Source: Chiloscyllium plagiosum (taxonomy: Eukaryota). From it: a DNA stretch of 64,000 nucleotides. Made by a program: the position numbers and the translations under genes. The stretch spans positions 44,140,624 through 44,204,623 of the forward strand of contig NC_057724.1 of NCBI RefSeq assembly GCF_004010195.1. Direction: 5' to 3'. Under the pieces are notes generated by a model. It did not search any database and was not told where the DNA came from. It worked only from the letters and a program-made list of their open reading frames with translations. Below, in pieces: positions 38,165 to 52,412 of the stretch. How positions within the stretch are numbered: the stretch's first letter is position 1; each line of letters opens with the position of its first letter.

Positions 38165-40210
38165 GCACATAAACCAGGAAGAGTAGGCCATTCAACCCTT
38201 TATGCCTGCTCCTACATTCAATACGTTCATGGCTGATCTTCTATCTCATTGCCATATTCCCACTTTCTCACCTTACCTTGACAACTTGTTAAAAACAACT
38301 TTGAGTATATTCAGTGTTTTGGCCTCCCTTTACTGTGATAAAGAATTCTATAGGTTCACTACCGTTTAAATGAACGGCCTTTTCTTCATCTCAGTCCTAA
38401 AACTCTACCCAGTATCCTGAGACTGGGGAATCTAGAACCAAGGGACACAATCAGGGAAAACATCCTCTCTACATCTAGTCTGTCCAACCCTACTAGAATT
38501 TTGCACTTTCCAATCAGATTTCCGCTTATCCTTCCACACTCTAGTGAATACAGGCCTAGTCAAACCAATCTACACTCATAGCACAATTCTGCCATCTCTA
38601 GTATCAACCTCGTGAGCCTTCACTGTACTCCCTCAATTGCAAGTTTTTTTTTGGGTAAGGAGACCAAAACTGATGCAATACTCCAGAGGTGATCTTATCA
38701 AGTCTCTGTGTAACTGCAGTACAACAGCCCTACTTCTGAACTCAAATCCGCTCGTAATGAAAGCCAATAAATCATTTGCCTTTTGAGTTGCTTGCTGCAC
38801 CTACCTATCTACTTTCCTTGACTAGTGTATAAGGAAACCCACATCCCTTTTGTATGACCACACTTCCCAAAATATCACCATTTTAATAATATTCTTCCTT
38901 TGTTTTTCACATTGAGCATGTAATGCATCTGCCATGTGTTTGCCTACTCACTGAACTTGTCTAAATCACATTGAAGCCTCCATACATCTTCCTCAACTCT
39001 CAATCCACCCTAGTTTTGCATAATTATCAAACTTGGAAATGCTGCATTTGGTTCCCTCATCGTTATAGCTGAGGCCCTCCATTGATCCTGGAGATGCCCC
39101 ATTAGTCACAACCAGCCACTCTGAGAACGACCCATTTATTCCCCTACACTGTTTGGCAACAAACCCTGGATGCATGCAAAATATATTACACCCTAGCTTG
39201 GGTGCTCTATTTGGACAACTAATCTATGGGACTTATCCAATACCTTCTGAAATTTTAAATACACCACATCCACTGGTTCTCCATTAGCTACTCTACTAGG
39301 TTCATCCTCAAAAGTCTACAGGTTTGTTAAGCTTGCCTTGTTCAAACCCATTAATGCTTTCTATATGTTGTTACCATTTATAATAGACTAGGCTAACTGG
39401 TCTGTAATTCTGTTTTTCTCTTCCTCCCTTTTTAAACAGTGGGACTACACTTGTCATCTTCAAATCTGTAGGAAATGTTTCAGAGGCTATGGAATTTTGG
39501 AAGATTCCAAAACATCCAATATTTTGTTATAGACTAGGGCAGACCACACAAAACATTCTTAAGCAGGCAGCACAAACCATAACTGTGCAATTTGTTTCGG
39601 TACAATGAAAATTACCCAGAGCAAGTTAGCTAGGTTGATGGCCAGGATTGAAAACAAAAATTTATTCACAAAATTACACAATGAAACACAAACATAATAA
39701 AGACCCCTTACAGAACTCAGTCTATCCAAACTAGACTCAATTATGCTGTTCCAATTATACACAACAGTCCCAAAAAGCAAACCCCATGAAACAGTAAAAA
39801 TAAAACAAGTGCTTATAGGTTGAAGTTAGAAGGACAGAAGGAGAGAGAAAGTTTAGCAACCTGTTTCCACACAGCTGAACTCCTAACTAGTTCTGGACTG
39901 AACTGCTAGCTAGAGAGCTGACCATTCCCCTTTCAGTACAGTATACAGGTCACTTCTAAAACCTGACCATTTTGGCCTGAGGTCTCACCTGTGTACATAA
40001 TAAACAAATCCTTTTTCATCTCTGTAACGAATTAGATGCTTCGGAGCCCGAAGGGTTTTATGACCCCTCTGAAAAAAAAATCAAGGACACAGTATCCTTG
40101 AGAAAATGAACAAGCTTTTTAGAGAAAACAAAAGGACTAGCTTTGTGATAATTTCTAGGGCCACTTCCTTTATTACTCTGCAATGTAGATCATCAGGCCC
40201 TGGTGATTTG
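38165..40210 (-). mobile_element. Old CR1 interrupted by a solo LTR
   Basis: CR1 3' end at ~38165 and RT relic ORF 38993-39175; the sequence rejoins as catccaatattt|ctagggccac across 39525-40150. Confidence 0.75.
39525..40150 (-). mobile_element. Solo LTR (probably Gypsy-type), 626 bp
   Basis: Ends TGTTATA...TGTGATA (degenerate TG..CA inverted termini); ATTT 4-bp TSD at 39521-24 and 40151-54; minus-strand AATAAA at ~39661. Confidence 0.65.
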
Positions 40211-41439
40211 AGTAATAAAAATATTTGGAATATACATTTGGGAATAAGCATAGCAAAAAAAATGTTGGAGGTTTTAAAAAAATAGCCAAGATATATTATA
40301 GATATGCATTAATCCAGAATACATTGAGGCACTTGACAGAAGTAATAGGATCTGGAATAGTTTGGCGTTAAATATCAATACTGGACTCAAAAACAAAGCA
40401 ATTTGCACAATCAAATCTACAATAGAAAAATAAAGAAATGAAAGCAAGGAAGGTGATCAGGAAATGGAACAGCAATACTAACGTGGAAGGAGGAATGGAT
40501 CCAAACACAGCACAACAGTGAGTGCCAGTAACCAACGGAGGGGAGGTAGAAAGTAAAACAAATGTCAGAGGATCCAGAGTAATAGTGGAAGCTAGGGATT
40601 GAAATGTTATAGAGTAAATTGAGGAATCAAGATGGTATCTTTAAGGTTGAATTGGGTCTAAAATGGGTCACAACACTCACAAAATAGGGCAACACGATGA
40701 GAGGAAGAAATGGTTATTTTAGCAAAGGTATCCAAACTCAGATTCTTAGTAATAGCAAAAGTGAGGCTGAAGGGTGAAAAACAGTGGGGAACAGAATCAG
40801 AGATAAAAGTACATTTTGAAACAATACTGTCAGAAACTGGGCTGAAAGTCCGAGCATTAATTTGAAATGAAAAAAACTATATAACTTGACATTTAGCCAT
40901 GATGTCAACAGTTGAATTCCAAGATCCAACAATAATCAGAAGTCAACCAGAGGCTACTTATTTCAGAGTCACTACAGAGGCTTTGAACACAATTTCTACA
41001 GTCAAACATATTTGAACTATGCTCCTGGTGGTGGGGTAACTGAATCAGAGCATAGGAGACCATTCAGACTATCATATCTGTTCTCCAATCAGCCTTACTC
41101 AACTGCACTTTTCCTAAAGTCCTGCAAATAGTTTCAAATCAAGATACCTGAGCGCAATTTGCTATGAATCTGCTTTCACCACCCATCCAGATCATAACAG
41201 TGACTTGAATTTTTCACAAATAGAGGGGATCACTGGTTTAGCCAAAGTTACACCAGAAACTGGAATCTCAAGATCCAGCCCCAGACCTTAAGAGACAGAA
41301 TTTCAATGTCATGCAAATCTTAGAAAAATTCCCCATTTCTGTCCTTAAAGGGTAACAGGCTTTTTTCTTAAAAAAAAAAGTACCTCCTTGTTTTAGAGTC
41401 ACCCATATCCTTTCCAAGTTCCCCTTGTTATAGTTCAGG

Positions 41440-42105
41440 ACCTTACAGACTTCAGGTAATTAAGGCAGTGAATGAAATTTTGACCTTCTTTGTTAAAGGG
41501 ATTACATTTAAAAGCAGGTAGGTTATGTTGCAGCTATATAGGGTGCTAGTGAGGCCACACCTTAAGTACTGCATGCAGTTTGGTCTTCTGATGTGAGAAA
41601 GGATGGACTGGCATTGGAGGGGGTGCAGAGAACATTCACTATATTGATTCTGGAGTTGAGGGGGTTGGCTTATGAGGAGAGACAGTAGCCTGGGATTATA
41701 TTCATCTCAATTTAGAAGAATGAAGTTAGATCTTCTAGAAATATGAAATTATGAAGGGAATAGATAAGATAGAAGTAGATAGGATGTTTCCACTGGTGGG
41801 TGAAACTAGGACAACAGGCATAGCCTCAAAATTAGGGGCAGCAGATTTAGGACTGAATTCAGAAGGAACTTCTTCACCTAAAGGGTTGAGAATCTGTGGA
41901 ATTCCCTGCCCAGTGGAGTGATTGAAACTTCCTCATTGAATATTTTTAAAGCTAAGATGGAGAATTTTTTTGAAAAAATAGTAAAGGAATTAAGGGTTAT
42001 GGTCAGAGGGTGGGTAAATGGAGCTGAGGCCATGATAAGATCAGCTCTGATCTTATTGAACGGTGGAGCAGGCTCCAAGGGCCAGACGGCCTACTCCTGC
42101 TCCTT
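41440..42105 (+). mobile_element. CR1 3' fragment
   Basis: RT C-terminal and 3'UTR similarity (ctgtggaattccctgcccag, ggcctactcctgctcct). Confidence 0.8.
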
Positions 42106-43439
42106 ACGTTCAAGAAAGTACCTCCTCACTCCTCTAAACTCCAATGGAAATGTGCCCTTCAGTCCAATCCTTCCATATACCACAAACAAATCCATGTGTC
42201 AATCTAGTAAACCTCCTCTGAACCACCTGAACATGTTTAGATCAAACCTGCGCACAATATTGAAGATATGGTTTCTTCAACATCATGCAGAACTGAAACA
42301 AAACTTCACTTTTAAGTTCAAGTTCTCTTATTTAAAGATAGCATTCCATTAATAACCTTCTATATCTGCATATTAACTTTGTGATATGTACTAGCACATC
42401 TAGGCCTCTCTGCACCTTGGATTTCTGTAGTTGCTCTCAGTTTAACTACTGCTCTTTTTTAAAACAAAGAAGTCCTGTTAAAACCAAGTTAAAACTTTCC
42501 CCACAATCTACTCCATTCACCAGATTTCTGTGCACTCACCCAATCTCTCTATATCTGTCTGCATATTTATGTAATTTTTACAACATACTTTACTACATAT
42601 CTTTGTATCATCTGCAAATCTACCAGGTGCCTCAAAAGTCTAAAATTAACACCTAGGATGAAGTCAACCAAGACCTGATGTCTTGTCAGACTGCAGTTCC
42701 ATCAATGTACACAGTACTGCTTCCCTAGTGGTTGCAATTGCACCTCTTGACATTAGACGGAGGTCAATCACTACATGATTCATGCTGAATGACCCATTTC
42801 ACAACCTCTCATCATCATATTGGGCTGCCTGCCAGCTCGCAGCTTGATGGACAGCTCCAAGTGGTTATAGACTTTTTTGTTAAATAATCAGTGAGTAAAT
42901 GAACACTTGAGAAGCTTTTATAGTCTTAGCATTATCCCGAGGTCTGCTCATGATGGATACTAGGTTCTGTTGGCATGGAGGTTGAGGGGGGAAAAGGTGG
43001 CACTAACTGAGCCTCGGGGCTATAAAGGACATGCTTAGAGAAATCTAGCTTGGCAAGGAGGACTACAAACAAGAGAGTGGGAAGAAGGGGCTAAAGTTGA
43101 CGTGGAAGGTATAAGGGGCCATGGGGTGGGTACAGGCCATGAGATGGCATAGGCAGAGATATGTGATTGTTCTTTTGTAGGAGGGCATGAGAGCTGGAAG
43201 ATATTATCTTTTTCATAAACAAAAAAACCAGGTCACTTTTTCTTGACAAGGGAACAAGCCAGTGCTTTAACTTGCGTTAGGGAGCATGCTACTTGAAGAG
43301 GTAGCATGAAATAGTCACTGCTGGAGATGTACATTTGCAATAGCATAAAACAACAGATAGTTTCAATCATCAAAAATAAAATTTCTAATTCTGTGCAGTT
43401 AGCAAAAACTAATTAAGGCCTACCAACTATTTAAAGTCT

Positions 43440-46400
43440 CCCATTTTACATTTTTATGGCCTTCCAGAAGGCATTTGATAAAGTCCCACTTAAGAGACTG
43501 TTAACTAGGTAACAGTCCATGGAATGGAGGGCAAATTATTAACAGACCTGTGAAATTGGTTGAGTGGCAGGTGTCAGAATATAGCAATATTGGGTAAGTA
43601 CTCAAATCGGCAGGACGTGACCTGTGGGTGTCCCACAAAGGGTGTGAGAGATTTCCACAAGGAATACTTTCCAGATCATATGAAGTTAAATGTAGTGGAT
43701 GATGTCCTAAGAGACTTGGGGTTCAGGTGCATACATTTTAAAATGTGAGCAGATACAGAAAATTAATCAAGAAAGCTAATGGAATTCTGGCCTTTATATC
43801 TAGTGAACTGGAGTTCAAATTGCAAATGTCATGTGGCAGTTATACATAACTCTGCTTAAACCCCGCCTGGAGTACTATGAGCAAATATGAGCACCACAAA
43901 CTTTGGAAGGATATATTGGCCTTGGAGGGAGTGCAATGTAGGTTGACAAGAATGGTATCTGGACTCAAGAGATTAAGTTTGAGGAGAGATTGTACAAATT
44001 GGACTTGTTTTCTAGAACATAGAAAGTTAAGGGGTGGTCTGATCAAAGTTTTGAAGGTGTTAACAGGAAAAGTCAGTTTATCTTTATCTACTCTATTTCC
44101 ACTGATAACCTGTGAGGTGCTGCATTTTGGAAAAAGGCAAATCAGGGCATGACATACATACTTATTGATAAGGTGTTGCTAAATAAAGAGAACTTGAAAG
44201 TGCAGGTTCATAGTTCCTTGAAAGTGGAGTCCTAGGTACAAAGAACAAAGAAAATTACAGCACAAGAACAGGCCCTTCGGCATTCCAAGCCTGCGCCAAT
44301 CCAGATCCTCTATCTAAACTTGTGACCTATTTCCTAAGGATCTGAATCCCTCTGCTCCCTGCCCATTCATGTATCTGTCTAGGTACATCTTAAATGACGG
44401 TATTGTGCCCACTTCCACCACCTCCGCTGGCAATATGTTCGAGGCACCCACCACCCTCTGCATAAAGAACTTTCAATGCACATCTCCCTTAATCGTTTCC
44501 CCTCTCACTTTGAACTTGTGACACCTAGTAATGGAGTCCCCCACTCTGGGAAAAAGCTTCTTGCTATCCACCCTGTCTATACCTCTCATGATTCTGTAGA
44601 CCTCAATCAATCAATCAATCAGATTCCCCCCCTCAACCTCTGTCTTTCTAGTCAAAATAATTCTAATCTACTCATCCTCTCTTCATAGCTAGCGCCCTCC
44701 ATACCAGACAACATCCTGGTGAACCTCCTCTGCAAAGCATCCACATCCTTTTGGTAACGTGGTGACCAGAACTTTATGCAGTGTTCCAAATGTGGCCGAA
44801 CCAAAGTCCAACACAATTGTAACATGATCTGTCAACTCTTGTACTCAACACCCCATCTGATGAAAGATAGCATGCTGTATGCCTTCTTGACCACTCTATT
44901 AACCTATGTTGCCAACTTCAGGGTACAATGGACCTGAACACCCAGATCTCTCTGTATACCAATTTTCTCCCAGAGCTTTTCCATTTACTGTATAGTTCAC
45001 TCTTGAATTGGATCTTTCAAAATGCATCACCGCATATTTGCCCAGATCAAACTCCATCTGCCATTTCTCTGCCCAACTCTCCAAACAATCTATATTCTGC
45101 TGCATTTTCTGACAGTCCCCTTCACTATCTGCTACTTCACCAATCTTAGTGCCATTTGCAAACTTGCTAATCAAACCACCCATACCTTCCTCCAGATCAT
45201 TTAGACAGGACACTGAAGGCGATATTTGCTGTGCTTTCCGCTATTGGTCAGTACATTGAGTATAGGAGTTGAGAGGTCATGTTGTGGATGTATAAGACAT
45301 TGGTTAGGCCATTTTTGTAATAGTGTGCGCAATTCTGATCTCCCCGCTATAGGAAGGATGTTGTGAATCTTGAAAAGGTTCAGAAAAAATTTACAAGGAT
45401 ATTGCCAGGGTTGGAGGGTTTTGAGGGAGAGACTGAATAGGCTGGGACTATTTACCATGGAGCGTTGGAGGCTGAGGGATGACCTTCTAGAGGTTTAGAA
45501 AATCATGACAGCCATGGATAGGGTGATTGGATAAGGACTGTTCCTCAGGGTAGGGATTCCAAAACTAAAAGGGCATAGGTTTAAGGTGAGAGGGGAAAGA
45601 TTTAAAAAGGACCTTTTTCCATGCAGAGTGTCTCTATGGAACGAGCTGCCAGAGGAAGTGGTGGAGGCTGGTCCAATTTAAAATGCATCTGGATGGGTGT
45701 ATGAATAGGAAGGGTTGAGGAGTGATATGGACAAAATCCTGGTAAATGTGACTACACTAATTTAGGATATCGGACCAGCATGGACGGTTTGGACCAAAGG
45801 GTCTGTTTCAGTACTGTACATCTCAATGACTCTATACACTAGTTGGGAGCTCTACAACTGGGAGATATTAGTGTGAATTAGGGCCAGTCTACTCAGAATC
45901 CCTATAACTTGGAAGTAGGCCATTCAGCCCATCAAGTTCAAACTGACCGTCCAAAGAGCATCTGACCTAGAATCACTCCCTACCCTAATGCTGTAAGCCT
46001 GCATTGCCCATGGCTAATTCAACTTTTCTGCATATCCCTGGACACTGTGCAATTTAGCATCACAATCCATCTAACCTGCACATTTTTGTACGGTGGGAGG
46101 AAACCAGAGTACCTGGAGGAGACCCATGAAGAATGTACAAGCTCCATACAGACAGTCATCCAAGAGTGGAATGGAACCTGGATCCCTGACACTGAAGCAG
46201 CCATGCTAACCATTGACCCACCATGCTGCTCAAGAGAGGTGTTAGGAAGCAGTTCTATACACAAAGGGTGATCAATGTTTGGAACTCTATTTTACAAATT
46301 ACAGTGGATGCTGGATCAGTTGTTAATTTTAAATCTGAGAAAGATAAATTGTTAAGCAAAAGTATTAAGGGATATGAGCCAAAGTCAGGTACAGATATAT

Positions 46401-46495
46401 GGAATTAAGTCACAGAGCAGCCATGATCTCACTGAATGGCAGAACAGGCTCAAGGGAACAAATGGTCTACTCCTGCTCCTACATTATGTTCCTAA
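43440..46495. mobile_element. Nested stack: CR1-A (+) containing CR1-B (+, ~44106-45832), which contains CR1-C (-, ~44239-45200); plus an HE1-like SINE (-, ~45895-46228)
   Basis: Each outer element rejoins across its insert (B: gagtcctaggt|agacagg); distinct tails CTATGACT-like (B) and TTCTTTG (C); ORF 44899-45213 is an RT relic. Confidence 0.8.
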
Positions 46496-47385
46496 CAATG
46501 CTGGACCACTTAAGTATTGACATTTCAAGATGATAGTGATTCAAGATTACAGTGATGTTGTAGAAACTTGCTGTATATTCCACTGAGTTTGCAAAGCTAA
46601 AGGGTAATGTGAACGACAAATTTTAAAATATCTAAAACAACCTTAGGACCATCACAAAAGTAGTGAAAATCAAGCAGAACAGTTGATAACTTGAATCCTA
46701 AGCAAAACCTGAAGCAGTTTAAACTTTTGTATATTTAATGAGGAAATGCATCTGACATTGTAAAGTAAAAGGCACATATAAAGTAACTTTATTCAAGACC
46801 ATTAAAAAAAAAATGCTTTTGATTGTTTATTTGAACTCCAAGTCTGCTGATCATGTAAATATTTTTGGCAGCTCTTTAGGAACACATCATAAATATGCTC
46901 ATGAAGATTGTTTCAAGTCACTTGATGCAGAAGATTCATACATGTGCTCAATGAGAAAATACTAAGCAGAGGAAATCGTTCACGTAGCATGCTTGGCCTT
47001 GTGCCTAAATCTAATTATTCTCATTCACAAAATAATAGCTGTACCCAAAGATGTGCAAATTACTCTCTGGCCATTGAACCCATTGTAAAATATTCATAAC
47101 CACAAAATAACTTATGAACATAAAACAATTTACTCTATTTCCTGATGTTGATCTTATGCTGAGAAAGAAACATCAAGCAGCATAACAACTTCAACATTTA
47201 ATGCAATTTTAATGTTTCATTAAAATTGTATTTAGTTATTTTACATATAATACTCAGGACAGGATTCTAGTGAGTAAAAGGTTTCTCAATGTGCCAATTA
47301 CAAGTATTAATGAATTACAATGCTACACTTTAGTTATGGACACATTTTCATGAAGGACTGATGCTGACCCAATAATCAGTCTTAC

Positions 47386-47603
47386 CTTAGAACAACAAAG
47401 TCTCGCCTGGGATGTGGCGCCATGCTATCGAGAACATAATGGCAGATCTCCTTATTTTTATCTAATTGTTCCACAACATTTACAACCAGCACATCATCAT
47501 CCCAAAGGTGGCGTTCTCTAAGCAGACGATTTAATACAGAATTAGGAGTTGCTTCTATCTCGGTTGTCACTTTCCATAAACGAAGGGGATGTCCATCACC
47601 AAC
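47386..47603 (-). CDS. STARD8: STARD8-like exon, START domain
   Basis: Acceptor gttggtAG|GTT, donor AG|GTAAG; 218 bp; VGDGHPLRLWKVTTEIEATPNSVLNRLLRERHLWDDD...HYVLDSMAPHPRRDFVVL(R). Confidence 0.93.
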
Positions 47604-47671
47604 CTACCAACACAGGGTAGAACAGAAGGAAAACATATTAGGATGTTACAGAGAGAGAGATTGTCATCCCC

Positions 47672-48225
47672 TTTCAAAGAACAAAGAAAATTTACAGCCC
47701 AGGAACAGACCCTTCGGCCCTCCAAGCCTGAGCCGATCCAAATGTACTGTCTAAACCTGTCGGTCAATTCCTAAGAATTTGTATCCCTCTGTTCTCCACT
47801 TACTCATGCATCTGTCCAGACACATCTTAAATTAATCTATCGTGCCTGCCTCTACTACCTCTGCTGGCAACACGTTCCAAACGCCCACCACACACTCTGA
47901 AGTACTTGCCACGTGTATCCCCCTTAAACTTTCCACCTCTCACCTTGTAAGCATGACCTCTGGTTATTGAATCCTTCACCCTGGGAAAAAGCTGGTCTCT
48001 ATCCACCCTGTCTATACCCTTCATGATTCTGTAAACCTCAAATCAGGTCCCTCCTCAACCTAACCTACTCAACCTGTCTTCATAGCTAGTACCTTCCATA
48101 CCAGGCAACATCCTTGTAAACCTTCTCTGCTCCCTCTCAAAAGCATCCACATCCTTTTGGTAATGTGGCGACCAGAACTGTACACCGTATTCTAAATGCG
48201 GCCAAACCAATGTCTTGTACAATTT
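47672..48225 (-). mobile_element. CR1 3' fragment with TTCTTTG tail, ~70 bp upstream of an exon acceptor
   Basis: ORFs 48055-48258 (WPHLEYGVQFWSPH) and 47827-48024; homologous to 44239-44830. Confidence 0.88.
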
Positions 48226-48559
48226 TAGAGAGGGAGCCAAAAATAAAAGCCATCCCAAAGTTTATTTATTTTCTTCTAAAACTCAGGGCATTCCAGGAAA
48301 TATTCTTGCTAAGTCATGCCTATTTGAAAACTACTCCCTAGCCCAATTCCAACATGTAGGAAACCTTCCCACTCTACAAGTACTTAGATCACTTCATCAC
48401 TACATTACCTCATGCAATAAGGATAGCTCTCCTCTATCACACAAGCACATCTAATGCAAGAAACCCCCAGGATTATGTTATATCAGAGGAAAATGTGTAT
48501 AAAGCTGCCAAAGATCATGGTGAGTTTGGGGATTTTGATGATTTTAAGAATTCTGCAAA

Positions 48560-50050
48560 GAACAATCAATAAAAAGGATTAAAAGAACAAATAGAATGAG
48601 ACAGTAAACTAGCCCAGGTGAAAATAAACTTAAAAAGCTTCCACAGGGATGAGAAACAGCTGAGCAAAAATAAACGAGAGTCCATTACAAGCAGAATCAA
48701 GGGAAATTATAATGGGAAATAGGAAAATGGTGGAGAAACAAAACAAATACTTTGTCTGCCTTCAGAGCAAGATACAAAAAACCTCCCAAAAATAATGGAG
48801 AATCTGACAACTAGGGTAAATTACAAACTGCAAGTTATTCATATTTTTTTTAAAATAGTAATGAGACCTGATCATCTATGTCAGTGTTGAAAGAGGTGTC
48901 TGTAGACAGAGTAAATGCGTTAGAGGTCATCTTTCAAAATTCTAGAGACTCTGGAATGATCCCATAGATTGGAAGGTCACAAATGCTATTTGTTACTATT
49001 CATGCTACTATTTAAAAGGAGAAGCGAGTGTCAACATGAATTTATGAAAAATAAATGTTTGACAAACCTTGAGGATGTAACTAACAAAATAGATAAGAGG
49101 GAATTGATGAAAACGCTGTATTTTTTCAGAAGGCTTTCATAAAGTCCCATACAAAAGGCGGGTAAACAAATATAAAAATACTTGGGATTAGGGATAATAT
49201 ACTGACATGGATTAAAAACCAGTTAATAGACAGAAAACAGTAGGAGTAAATGGCTCATTGCCAGGCTGCAATTAGTGAGGTGGTACAAAGATCAGTGCTT
49301 TGGCCCTAGCTATCTATGATCTAGATCAAATGATTGATGATCAAAATTAAATGTGATATTTCCAAGTTTGCAGATGATATAATTGGGGAGGGTGTAAGTT
49401 TTATATATTAGTCACCCAAAATTAACATGCAGGTGCAGCAAGCAGTAAAACTTCACATGGTATGTTACCCTTTATAACATGGCTAAACATTGGACCAGCA
49501 ATGCCTTACTCTCATTACATAAAGCTTTGGTGAGACTATATCTCACCAAAGATATGTTTTAGCCTCATCATAGAAGGAAATGTATTTTTGATACAGAGGT
49601 AGTGTAGCAAATGTTCACCACTATATTCCTGGAACGAAGAGAATGTCCTTGGAGGAAAGATTAAATAGCCTGGCTTACATTCTATGAAGTTTCCAAGAAT
49701 CTCATTCAGACATAGAAAGTTCATACAGGGATTAACAAGGTAATGCAGTAAGAATGCTTCCTCAAGCTGAGGGGATCTATTTCCAGGGGAGACAGTCTCA
49801 GAATAAGAGTAGGCCATTTTGGACTGAAACAAGGAAAATTTCTTCACTCAGAGGATGTCGAATGTTTGGAATTCTCAGGTTCAGCCGGTTTTAGAGGCTC
49901 TGTCATTGAACCTGTTCATTGCTGAAATGGATAGATTTCAACTATTAAAAAAACACAAGAAATATGGAAATAGTGCAAGAGAATTATATTGAAGTAGATA
50001 ATCAGCCATGGTGAGTTCAAAGAGCTGCTTGGCCTATTCCTGCTCTTATG
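48560..50050 (+). mobile_element. Heavily decayed CR1 ORF2 remnant
   Basis: Scattered RT motifs (tccaagtttgcagatgata = SKFADD) and a CR1 3' end. Confidence 0.7.
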
Positions 50051-51234
50051 TTCTGATAGTTTATAAAATACATCAGTAAAAAGCAGCTCCAGATGGAAAA
50101 CATTAACCACATTGCATTGCCAATTGTTAAATTTGTTGTACTGTCTGAAGGCAGGCATAAACAACTACAACTGTGTTACCAATAATTCTCATCAACTATT
50201 CCAGTCACAGACTCGATGATTCAGTGGATATTTTAACTTATGATACCAAATGGGATAGTCCTGCTTGACTGAACTAACCAGCCACATTCTTAATGGTAGA
50301 ACAGACAAAGTCTGGTCCCTTGTGTATTCACTATCTGTAGACAATTTTGTTTTCCTACAGTCCATGATTTTATCTACAGTTCTACATCCGAAAAAAAAAA
50401 ATCAGTGGCTGAGATCACAATGTCTGGCCAGATAGATTAGCAAGAAAAAAAGCTGGAAGTGGTTTAAACACACTTAGAGAACAGGATTATCTCATAAATA
50501 ACCCACAAGTACCATATACACTATCTGTTAAGCGGACTGAAGCTTTTAACTGATTTCCTCTTTTCTGTTAGTTTCTATATTAATCACTTGTCCCAAAGCT
50601 CTGCTGTTGAGACAGTTGTACAGTCATCAAAATCTTCCCAAAAAATCCAGCAATTGAAAATACTTGTGACCAGCGGTTAAAGAAGTTGCACAACATTTAG
50701 CCGTTAGAAAAGCTAATGAACTGTCAAAGCAGCCTCTTCAGCTCAAGGAAAAACTGAATCAGCCTGTGACTACTGAAATGTATTGTTGACTGAGTGAATG
50801 TATGGTTGAGTGAAAAACAGTGACTATAAGACTGATCCTCCCTTAAACTGAATAGCCTACAGACTTTGATTTGTTGAAGTCATGGGAGTGTTGGTCTGCA
50901 AGGTCAGTGTTTCCGACCCATTCTACACTGTCCTTAAAAAGGTATTAGCACTCAATCTGAACATTGCAGGCTTCTTGGAAAAGGAACTCCAGTATTAATG
51001 TGGCTCTTCAAAACACAAATAGGAAAATGGAGGTTGGAATGGCTCCAAGGTTTAGAAAGCTATGGATGATACATTTAAGTGGTTGGTGTCATATTTCAGT
51101 GGAAGCACTGATTTCTAATTAGAACACAGTGCAGCACAGGGAAATTGGTAATCCCAACAGGAAGGGACTATCCAGACATATTTCAGCCAGTTCAGAGAGG
51201 CACTGATAAACTTGAATGCCTTCACAGTAAAGGT

Positions 51235-51560
51235 TGATTAGACTAGATTAGATACCCTGCAGTGTGGAAACAGGCCCTTCAGCCCAACAAGTCCACACCA
51301 ATCCCCTGAAGAGTAACCCACCCAGACCCATTCCCCTCTGACTAATGCACCTAACACTATTGGCCATGCTAAATTGCCCATTCACCTAACCTGCACATCT
51401 TTGGACTGAGGGGGGAATTCGGAGCACCCAGAGGAAACCCACGCAGACACAGTGAGAACGTGTAAACTCCACACAGACAGTCGGCTGAGGCTGGAATTGA
51501 ACTTAGATCCCTGGCGCTGAGAGGCAGCAGTGCAAACCACTAAACCAGTGTGCCACCCCG
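51235..51560 (-). mobile_element. HE1-type SINE
   Basis: Homologous to 25864-26184 along its length. Confidence 0.88.
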
Positions 51561-51959
51561 TATGTGACACAGGGACACTAGAGGGCACAACAATTGCAAT
51601 CCTAGCATTTAGTCTTGGTTTTACAAATGTGAACTCACGTCATAAAATACAGATCACATTAACAGTAACACAATTTTTAATTCTATAAAAAAAATAAAAA
51701 ACGATTTTAGGATATAACATTCATTATCATTTTAAGAACATAAATATAAAGTACTAGTGTTCTCATAACAGTAAAGTCACCATTGTCCCACCAGATCATA
51801 GAGCTGCTCTCTCGTTCGAGACACATGACTGATGGTAACTTGACCCAAGAGTCATCATGCCTCAGGCAACAGGATATGTTGAGAAGGAGTGTCCATCATG
51901 GGCACCTCAGGAATTGAATCCACCCTATTTACATTAGTCTGCATGCAAACCAACTATCC

Positions 51960-52180
51960 ATAGAGTCATAGAGATGTTCAGCACAGAAACAGACCTTTCA
52001 GTCCAACTTGTCCATGCTGACCAGATATCCCAACCTAATCCAGTCCCACTTGCCAGCAGCCAGCCCATATTGCTCCAAACCCTTCCTATTCATATACCCA
52101 TCCAGATGCCTTTTAACATGTTGCAATTGTACTAGCCTCCACCACTTCCTCTGGCAGTTCATTCCACACATGTACCACCC
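51960..52180 (-). mobile_element. CR1 3' tip
   Basis: Homologous to 6084-6310. Confidence 0.85.
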
Positions 52181-52412
52181 AGTCAACTAATCAAACTATA
52201 GATGGCAAGCACAAAATAAAGTTATACATGCATGTGAAGATATGATTCAAGTGTAAGTGAAAGTTCACTTTTGCAAATTGTCCACTTCAATCCAAATAGA
52301 GGGATAATTTGGTAAGCAAAACTTGGCCTAAACTTAACCTTGAAAGCACAATGTGTTTGTAAGATGATAATCCATTTCAAGGGTCTAAACATGTGAAACT
52401 TCAATAAAATAC

